DNA of 64,000 nt from Candidatus Cloacimonadales bacterium (GTDB lineage: Bacteria; Cloacimonadota; Cloacimonadia; Cloacimonadales; JAFGVF01), in assembly GCA_963667035.1 (NCBI GenBank), contig OY762964.1:2944001-3008000 (forward strand), written 5' to 3'. Positions 8,900 to 15,868 of the stretch are shown one piece after another (position 1 is the stretch's first letter; every line of letters starts with the position of its first letter). Position numbers and translations under genes: made by a program. The notes beneath the pieces are model-generated. The model saw only the letters and a program-made list of their open reading frames with translations. It was not told the DNA's origin and made no database searches.

Positions 8900-10108
8900 T
8901 CACACAAACATCCTTTGCAACAACCCTTTCTTAAACTGCTGTGATTCCTCTATCTCATTACTCAACTTCTCTATCTCTTTATCTATTGAGTTTAGGAAGT
9001 CTGCTATTTTCTTTTGCTCGTCCAGTTGGGGAACTGATACTTTTATTCTTTCAATTGTAGTTTTTGATAAGCTTGGTACTCCGGATGCTTCATTATAATG
9101 TCTCCAATTCACTTGTTGAAAGAGAATGAAAACAAATATTGGTAGAATTCTGTTAAAATCATATGTATAAAACAATGTGTCTACCGTCCAAAATTTCCCT
9201 TTTAGATATATAGGCTTATCAATTGTACCTTTTCTTCCTATGCAAACACTCTCTCCATCATAGAGGTAACTATTAACAGAGGTCATATAACCTCCTGTTC
9301 CAAAGACAGGAATATTCCCACAATCCAAGTGTCTGTAATCTCTTCCATTACCAATTTTCAATACCTCCCCCAATCTCTTCTCCTCCCAGTCAGGGAAATC
9401 ATTACCATTATCATCTTTAAAACGCAGAGTAGGGGGGATGAATCTTAATTTCTTGCTCTTCGTAGTCTTCGTGAGGGAGGATTCCTTTTCATCATCAACG
9501 AAGTGTCCATCAAACAGCTTCTGCATTACTCCTTTCTTATAAAGCTCCATCTCCTCTCGCTTCTTCTGGAGTATCTCAATTCTTCTATCAACTGCTGTCA
9601 GGAAGTTCGCTATTTTGTTTTGCTCGGGGGGAGAGGTTGTATTAACCGAAATCTTTTCGAATTGTGTCTTGTTAATAATTGGCACTGCTTGCTCACCAGC
9701 TAATATCTTAATTCTTTTGGCAATTCTTAGTAACTGATAATAGAGGAATTCATTATTGACATTTACTGGATTAATGGAGTTGATTTGCTGATTTGTAGCT
9801 AATTTGTCACCTGCAATAGCAACCTTTCCAATTGTTGATCCAATACACACAAATAATACACTACCTCTTGAAATTTTCCTAGTTTTTTCAAAACCTTGCA
9901 CAGTCAAAGTTTTGGAAGTAGTGTAAACATATTTGTTATCCTTTAAATCAAAGGGAGATACAAACATATACTCTCCATCATACAAGCTCTTATCTGAAGT
10001 AGAGGGGGTGTTACCAGTTATTACTTTTCCAAGAGTAGAAATCCTATTCTCCTTCCACTCCCCCTCAAACTCAGGGAATCTCAATTGTGGTATCAGTTTA
10101 TCTTTCAT
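8900..10108 (-). CDS. hsdS: Type I restriction-modification specificity subunit
   Basis: MKDKLIPQLRFPEF start, two TRDs, conserved PEQNKIANFL...KKGVMQKLF and EQKKIADFL...KKGLLQRMFV; start overlaps the end of hsdM. Confidence 0.95.
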   Translation of the reverse strand: MKDKLIPQLRFPEFEGEWKENRISTLGKVITGNTPSTSDKSLYDGEYMFVSPFDLKDNKYVYTTSKTLTVQGFEKTRKISRGSVLFVCIGSTIGKVAIAGDKLATNQQINSINPVNVNNEFLYYQLLRIAKRIKILAGEQAVPIINKTQFEKISVNTTSPPEQNKIANFLTAVDRRIEILQKKREEMELYKKGVMQKLFDGHFVDDEKESSLTKTTKSKKLRFIPPTLRFKDDNGNDFPDWEEKRLGEVLKIGNGRDYRHLDCGNIPVFGTGGYMTSVNSYLYDGESVCIGRKGTIDKPIYLKGKFWTVDTLFYTYDFNRILPIFVFILFQQVNWRHYNEASGVPSLSKTTIERIKVSVPQLDEQKKIADFLNSIDKEIEKLSNEIEESQQFKKGLLQRMFV

Positions 10109-11777
10109 CACTATTAACCTTGAAAGGGGGAGTAATCCCAAGCTCTTTACAGAATCCGGCAATCTCACTGTTTACATCAACAAGCTCATCTTCGATAGCA
10201 ACAATGCGTTTTGAGACTTCCGCTATATCAATCTCCTCCTCCTCTTCGAAGGTGTCTACATAGCGGGGGATATTGAGGTTATAATCGTTCTCGGCAATCT
10301 CTTCCAAAGTCGCAATATAGGAGTATTTATCCTTTGTTTCTCTTTTTCTATAGGTTTCAACAATCCCATCAACATCACTATCGCGCAGTTCGTTTTGGTT
10401 TCCGCTCTTAATGTAATGCTCGTCACCACTGGCATCGATAAAGACTATATTATCATCAACTTCTCTGCATTTCTTAAAGACAAGAATACAGGTCGGGATA
10501 CTTGTACCGTAGAAAATATTAGCCGGTAGTCCAATCACTGCATCAAGGTAGTTAAGTTCTTTAATCAAATACTTGCGGATAACACCCTCCGCAGCCCCTC
10601 TAAAGAGGACTCCATGCGGAACAACAGTTGCCATAATACCGTTATCGGCTAGCTGATGTATCATGTGCAGGATAAAAGCATAATCGGCTTTTGTCTTTGG
10701 TGCCAGCCGACCGTACTGACTAAAGCGTTCATCAGTATCATTGAGTGGATTATCACTACTTTTCCAATGTGCAGAAAAGGGTGGATTAGCAACCACAGCT
10801 TCAAAGCGTTTGTCTAAATGTTGCGGATTCTCAAGCGTGTCTTCCTGCTGAATATCAAACTTTCTGTAATGCACATCGTGCAAAATCATATTCATTCGTG
10901 CTAAGTTGTAGGTTGTACGATTCAGCTCTTGTCCGTAAAACTCGCTAACATCTTGAACTTCTCGAGCTACACGCAACAGCAATGACCCCGAACCACAAGT
11001 CGGATCATAAACCGATTTCAATTTAGTCTTTCCGGTAGTAACAATCTTAGCTAATATCTTAGAAACCTGCTGAGGAGTATAAAACTCACCGGCAGATTTA
11101 CCTGCCCCGGCGGCGAACTTAGCTATAAGGTATTCGTAAGCATCACCAAGTACATCAGCATCTATATCATCAAGCTTGAAATCTATCTTATCAAGTTTAT
11201 TCAGAATCTGCACAACAATACTGTTACGAGCTCCAACTGTACGTCCAAGCTTAGTTGATTGCAAATCTAGGTCTTCGAAGAGAGCATTGAAATCCTCTTC
11301 GGATTCGGTACCCATAGTGCTTTGCTCAATATGATTCATCACTGCTTGGAGGTCTTCAATAATATAGTTATCCTCATCCTCTTTATCAGAGTTACCCTTT
11401 GCAGCAATAACTGAGAACAGCTCTTCAGGTTTGAGGAAATAACCAAGCTTCTGGAGCGATTCATCCCTAATCGCATCCAAAATCTCCTCATAATCCCCAC
11501 CGGGTACGCTTACTGGGTCCGCGAGCTTCCAGCTCGCACTCCGACTACCGGGTTGGCGGACATCCTTGTCCGCACCTCTTCTAATATCTTTGTAATCAGT
11601 AACCTCTTCACCTTCCAATAGCTCGTTAGCATAAAGATATTGCTTTTCACTCAGGTATTTATAAAAGATGAACCCGAGAATATAGTCTCGGTAGTCATCA
11701 GCATTGACTTTTCCCCTTAAGATATTAGCTATATCCCAGAGCTGTTTTTCCAGTAGTTTCTTTTGGTCTTCAGACAT
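10098..11777 (-). CDS. hsdM: Type I restriction-modification methyltransferase subunit with an in-frame REP-derived insertion
   Basis: LWDIANILRG, GEFYTPQQVS, SAM motif YDPTCGSGSLL, catalytic ANPPF, NLNIPRYVDT. Confidence 0.96.
   Translation of the reverse strand: MSEDQKKLLEKQLWDIANILRGKVNADDYRDYILGFIFYKYLSEKQYLYANELLEGEEVTDYKDIRRGADKDVRQPGSRSASWKLADPVSVPGGDYEEILDAIRDESLQKLGYFLKPEELFSVIAAKGNSDKEDEDNYIIEDLQAVMNHIEQSTMGTESEEDFNALFEDLDLQSTKLGRTVGARNSIVVQILNKLDKIDFKLDDIDADVLGDAYEYLIAKFAAGAGKSAGEFYTPQQVSKILAKIVTTGKTKLKSVYDPTCGSGSLLLRVAREVQDVSEFYGQELNRTTYNLARMNMILHDVHYRKFDIQQEDTLENPQHLDKRFEAVVANPPFSAHWKSSDNPLNDTDERFSQYGRLAPKTKADYAFILHMIHQLADNGIMATVVPHGVLFRGAAEGVIRKYLIKELNYLDAVIGLPANIFYGTSIPTCILVFKKCREVDDNIVFIDASGDEHYIKSGNQNELRDSDVDGIVETYRKRETKDKYSYIATLEEIAENDYNLNIPRYVDTFEEEEEIDIAEVSKRIVAIEDELVDVNSEIAGFCKELGITPPFKVNSDER
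11498..11575 (+). repeat. REP-derived segment (leader plus two hairpins) inside the hsdM coding sequence
   Basis: caccgggtacgctt-actgggtcc-GCGAGCT-tcc-AGCTCGC...accgggttg-GCGGACA-tcct-TGTCCGC; same flank motif and hairpin as the intergenic modules. Confidence 0.88.
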
Positions 11778-11818
11778 CTATGTAAATTCCTTCTGTTGTT
11801 TTTATAATTACCGGGCAC

Positions 11819-11938
11819 ACTGGATACGCGAGCTTCCGGCTCGCACACACAGGTTCCCACCGGCATCTTATCGGGAAGATAGCGAACAGGGATGTTCGCG
11901 TACCCGGTATATGCCAGCAAGATGCTGGCGTACCCAGT
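11819..11938 (-). repeat. REP module copy C, inverted relative to A and B, upstream of hsdM
   Basis: Reverse complement has the same four hairpins in the same order (GCCAGCA/TGCTGGC, GCGAACA/TGTTCGC, a degenerate third, GCGAGC/GCTCGC). Confidence 0.88.
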
Positions 11939-12036
11939 GTGCCAAAACACTTATTATATACTACCATACATCGAATAATTATTCTTTTAGTCAATTAAAC
12001 ATTTTGTGACGATGCACTATTCAGTAAAAATAATAC
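11836..12036 (+). repeat. 201-bp direct repeat, copy 1 (most of REP module C plus ~100 bp AT-rich DNA)
   Basis: Aligns without gaps to 13957-14157 with about 8 mismatches counted by eye. Confidence 0.92.
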
Positions 12037-12359
12037 CTAAATTATAAATAACAAGCTGTAGCACGAGTGCCCCACTTGCACATAGCTCTAAGAGCTATGC
12101 TCTTTCTTTTCGGTATCTTATAGCAAGTTAAGTTTAGATTATATCCCCATTAAAACCCAATCCGATTCCCGATTCCCAAAACGAGTTTCTAACGGGGAGC
12201 TAATAATGAGTAAGGAACAGAAATTTGACAGATTAACTCAATTCTTTATTGTGGGGAATATCTTTATGAACTATCTGCTCCCCCTCTATCCCCACGATTA
12301 ACAACCGATTTGAGCCCGGCAATTGGTTGAGCATATCTTGTTAAATTGTTGGTAATTAA

Positions 12360-12414
12360 CCCAAGGATTACCCAAGGATTGCCCAAGTGTTTCACAGGTG
12401 TTTCCCAAGAATTA
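12360..12414 (+). repeat. Five degenerate 11-bp tandem repeats
   Basis: cccaaggatta / cccaaggattg / cccaagtgttt / cacaggtgttt / cccaagaatta. Confidence 0.7.
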
Positions 12415-12453
12415 ATGCTGAGAGATGAAGGAGCAGTAAAGAAGACATCAAAC

Positions 12454-13533
12454 TTAATAGAGAGTGGGAGGTAACCCTTTAAAGTATCCAGTTTTGTAAT
12501 TAGCAAGAAAATTCTTTCTAAAAGAGTCGCAGAATATGGGGATAAAGCATAAATCAGCAGTTTTAGCCTTAAGTCCATATTCTGCGACTAACTCAACGGG
12601 GGCCTTGTTACCTCTAGTCCTGATTTTACGAATATGGTTGTAGTAAGTCTGATATATGAAGACTTTACTAATGAAAGATATAATGTCTCTAAACTCTTCA
12701 TAATCATATAATTCTTGTTCTATGGTGTTGTGAAAGCTTTCTACATCACTGTTGAATGTTGGAGATTTTGGAGGTATGCGAACATGAGTTACTCCATGTT
12801 TGTTTAAGATTTCTTCAAAGATTGTGACTCTACTATGAAGAGGTTCAATAAATTCAGTACCGTTATCTGTTTGGAAAGTAATATCATTAGGAGAGCAATG
12901 TAACCCTTTTAGGTATTCAATTACGTAATCCGCAAAAATGGCAGTTGAGAGATCATCTTTATAGTTTGTAAAGCCTAGAAATACCATTCCTGTCTTGTAA
13001 TCTCTGGCAGTAATCTGAAACATAGGTATTGCACCTGACTCATATGCTCTACTCTGTTTAGCAATATCATTTAGGTATTTAACATCGAGCTGAAGTTTCT
13101 GCATAGGCTTATAGTGTGCTCTTACAGCTGACATATCTTTCTTTTTCTTGTATCTTGTTTTTCTTTTCAAAACAAGCTTATGTCTCTTTAATACCTTATG
13201 AACGGTCTTTGCTGAGTAATGCAATTTCAGATTATTTACTATAGTGCGAGCTCCTGGATTGCCACGATCTTTACGTTCTTTGATGATAGCATCTTCAATA
13301 TCTTTTGGCATCTTCAGAGGATGTTTCTGACCAACCCTGGACTTATTCTCGAGACCTGCCTCTCCAAGCTCAAGATACCTATTTCTCCAGAGACGAACAG
13401 TCTTCCTGGTTGTGCCTAACATCCTAGCTGTTTCAGATATGCCATGCTGCATTGAAAGAGTATACATCTGATACCGTAAAAGAGTTCTTGACTTAAATTC
13501 TTTACTGAGTAATCTCATCTCTAAATATGTCAT
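12454..13533 (-). CDS. DDE transposase (HTH plus integrase core), IS481-like
   Basis: N-terminal HTH (GISETARMLGTTRKTVRLWRNRY); DDE triad in LQLDVKYL, FQTDNGTEF, NSDVESFH. Confidence 0.9.
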   Translation of the reverse strand: MTYLEMRLLSKEFKSRTLLRYQMYTLSMQHGISETARMLGTTRKTVRLWRNRYLELGEAGLENKSRVGQKHPLKMPKDIEDAIIKERKDRGNPGARTIVNNLKLHYSAKTVHKVLKRHKLVLKRKTRYKKKKDMSAVRAHYKPMQKLQLDVKYLNDIAKQSRAYESGAIPMFQITARDYKTGMVFLGFTNYKDDLSTAIFADYVIEYLKGLHCSPNDITFQTDNGTEFIEPLHSRVTIFEEILNKHGVTHVRIPPKSPTFNSDVESFHNTIEQELYDYEEFRDIISFISKVFIYQTYYNHIRKIRTRGNKAPVELVAEYGLKAKTADLCFIPIFCDSFRKNFLANYKTGYFKGLPPTLY

Positions 13534-13853
13534 AAGTGTCAGTATATCTAATTCTTAGATTGCTGGCACTCTTTTTTTGTAGGATATATATAATCCAAGT
13601 ATTCAAGGCGAATGTTTCATCCCCTCCATTCGCTAAGCTCATTGCGTGGATGAAACATTTACTCTGCATTTCTCTAGAAATAATCCAATTCATTAAAATA
13701 TTCCTTTAACTGATTAACTGCATTTTTATCAAGTATATAACCCATAAAGACACCGGTCTCTATTGATGATATTATATCATGTAGTTTACGTAGTATTTTT
13801 CTTGGTAAAACTTTGACCTCCCTAGGGTGGATACTTTTAAGGGTGACTCGCCA
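12465..13853 (-). mobile_element. IS481/IS1202-like insertion sequence, 1389 bp, with 26-bp imperfect TIRs and a 15-bp target-site duplication
   Basis: Ends TGGGAGGTAACCCTTTAAAGTATCCA and (rc) TGGCGAGTCACCCTTAAAAGTATCCA match 21/26; AAACTTAATAGAGAG at 12450-12464 and 13854-13868. Confidence 0.88.
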
Positions 13854-13956
13854 AAACTTAATAGAGAGTATTCTAAAAAGTGTGTAAATTGATTTATACC
13901 GACTCATATTTTCTTAGCCTTTTAAAGCAAGTCATTAATTCATTTCTTATGATTAA

Positions 13957-14157
13957 CCAGCTCGCACACACTGGTTCCCACCGTCATCTTACCGGGAAGA
14001 TAGCGAACAGGGATGTTCGCGTACCCGGTATATGCCAGCAAGATGCTGGCGTACCCAGTGTACCAAAACACTTACTATATACTACCATACATCAAACAAT
14101 TATTCTTTTAGTCAATTAAACATTTTGTGACGATGCACTATTCAGTAAAAATAATAC
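13957..14157 (+). repeat. 201-bp direct repeat, copy 2, including truncated REP module D (13957-14059)
   Basis: Matches 11836-12036; begins in the loop of the GCGAGC hairpin. Confidence 0.92.
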
Positions 14158-14241
14158 TTATTGTGTTCCATCTTACAATGATTGACAATAAAGGTTAAGT
14201 TCATTATTTACCCTTCCTTAATAATATAATTAGGAGAGGCA

Positions 14242-15147
14242 ATGAATCCTGGAATGCTAATAGGGATTGGTTCATATCTGCTTTGGGGTTTACTTCCCCT
14301 TTTCTGGAAACTTCTTGGTGATATATCTGCTTTAGAAGTTCTATCACACAGGATGTTATGGTCATTTGTTTTTTTTCTTTTTCTGATAGTAGCACGTCGG
14401 GATTTTACTGTTATAAACAGAATCAAGAAAGAACCTAAGCAACTATTCTTCTACCTTATCAGTTCCATACTGATATCTTTAAACTGGTTTGTTTATATTT
14501 GGTGCGTAATAAACGGACACGTTGTTGAAGCGAGCTTAGGGTATTTTATAAATCCTCTTATTGCTGTTGCTTTGGGAGTGATATTCTTAAAAGAGAGATT
14601 GCAAATTATGCAACTGGGAGCAATTATATTAGCATTACTAGGAGTTTTATACCTGACTTTTGTTTTCGGAAGTTTACCGTGGAGAGGTTTAATACTTGCT
14701 TTTAGCTTTGGTTTGTACGGCTTGGTTAAGAAAGGTGTTAAGTTACCAAGTATAGAGGGTATGACAGTTGAAACATGTTTCCAATTTGTTCCTGCATTAC
14801 TGTATATCATCTATCTATCCAACAATGGAACCGGTAATTTTGGTGCCGGTAAACCTTATCTATCAATACTGTTTATTATATCAGGTATAGTAACAGGTTT
14901 TCCATTGCTACTATTTTCAATAGCCTCTAAGAAAATAACGTTGAGCCAACTGGGAATACTTCAATATATTTCTCCTACATTACAAATGCTAATTGGAATA
15001 ATTGTTTATCAAGAGCCTTTCCCTTTAAACAAGTTGATAGGATTTTGTTTAATCTGGATTTCGGTGATTCTCTATACTTATGAGGGAGTTAGAAGGTATA
15101 GGCAGAATGGTTTATTTAACAGTAGAAGAAAGAAGTTAAATAGCTGA
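14242..15147 (+). CDS. rarD: EamA-family transporter RarD
   Basis: YLLWGLLPLFWKLL, EVLSHRMLWS, VVEASLGYFINPL, LQYISPTLQ. Confidence 0.93.
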   Translation: MNPGMLIGIGSYLLWGLLPLFWKLLGDISALEVLSHRMLWSFVFFLFLIVARRDFTVINRIKKEPKQLFFYLISSILISLNWFVYIWCVINGHVVEASLGYFINPLIAVALGVIFLKERLQIMQLGAIILALLGVLYLTFVFGSLPWRGLILAFSFGLYGLVKKGVKLPSIEGMTVETCFQFVPALLYIIYLSNNGTGNFGAGKPYLSILFIISGIVTGFPLLLFSIASKKITLSQLGILQYISPTLQMLIGIIVYQEPFPLNKLIGFCLIWISVILYTYEGVRRYRQNGLFNSRRKKLNS

Positions 15148-15252
15148 AGAAACTTCAAATTTGTTACTAATTAGAACAAAAAGAGTAACAAAATTCTTGA
15201 CAAGTTTAAAGAGGTGTTTATTTTTCAGTTATATTCAAGGGGAATATTAAAC

Positions 15253-15315
15253 ATGAAAGTATCCGAGATAGTTAAAACCAAATTACATTACACTATTATT
15301 CCGATATTTCATTAA
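15253..15315 (+). CDS. Possible 20-aa peptide (MKVSEIVKTKLHYTIIPIFH) on a short terminated transcript; may instead be an sRNA
   Basis: TTGACA at 15197 with a weak -10, purine-rich AAGGGGAA before the ATG, GC hairpin plus T-run at 15371-15394. Confidence 0.3.
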   Translation: MKVSEIVKTKLHYTIIPIFH

Positions 15316-15370
15316 TATATAAATTTTCTTGAAAAGACCTCTCAAGAAGGATCTCCCTAACTACCAAACT

Positions 15371-15394
15371 GGCGGCCGCCCGGCCGCCCTTTTT
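15371..15394 (+). terminator. Intrinsic terminator
   Basis: GGCGGCC-gccc-GGCCGCC followed by CTTTTT. Confidence 0.75.
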
Positions 15395-15421
15395 ATTTAG
15401 AATGGAAAGAAAGTCAGATAT

Positions 15422-15692
15422 AAAAAAAGAGTCTGCTGTTTTAAAGCAGACTCTTTACTTTTAAGGACTATAAATAAGCTTACAAATCAATAAGCTTTGC
15501 CAATATCTTTACTATTATCAATCTTGGATAGAGAGATATATCAACTCCGAGCCATTGGTAAACAATTCAGGAGGTTAGAGCTAGCTCAGAATGCATTGTT
15601 CGACAGGAATTTCTCTTATCTCTTACCAAACAACTTTTAATATCCCGAAGCATCTATCCGGTTAATACTATCTCTTCTCAACTATGAGATAC
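15422..15692 (-). ncRNA. Candidate structured ncRNA (rod-like, possibly 6S-like)
   Basis: TTGCCT-N16-TATACT on the minus strand (15726-15699), nested symmetric pairings, 12-bp terminator stem at 15426-15456 with T-run, no convincing ORF. Confidence 0.35.
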
Positions 15693-15868
15693 TCCTACAG
15701 TATAATCACATCATACATAAAGGCAAATGGAATCAGGTAAATAGTGGTGAAAAAGAAATTGACTGTATTATGCAATCCAAATATTTGTAATCCCTTGAAA
15801 TTATTTGATTAAGCTTTCTCTACAGGGGACGGATTCCTGTGGAAGATTATAGAGCAAATGGAGGAATT

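Noticed and set aside
7996..9098. Short plus-strand ORFs (7996, 8058, 8698, 8703), and similar ones at 11704-12009 and 13880-14119
   Set aside because: They are open frames created by GC-rich REP DNA or antisense to real genes, with no protein features.
9432..9631. G6 tracts in hsdS as phase-variation sites
   Set aside because: The tracts are short, encode Pro-Pro in frame, and the gene is intact.
12264..13907. A gene interrupted by the IS (13907 ORF joined to the 12264 ORF across the TSD)
   Set aside because: The joined ~80-aa frame has no recognisable features and runs through the 11-bp repeats, so I cannot support it as a CDS.
11836..14157. LTR-like retroelement (integrase-core gene between long direct repeats)
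   Set aside because: The transposase has its own TIRs and 15-bp TSD well inside the repeats, and no reverse transcriptase is present.
15460..15868. T-box riboswitch or leader peptide for leuS
   Set aside because: No T-box consensus or Leu-rich leader was seen, and a TTGACT promoter-like element lies close to the leuS start.
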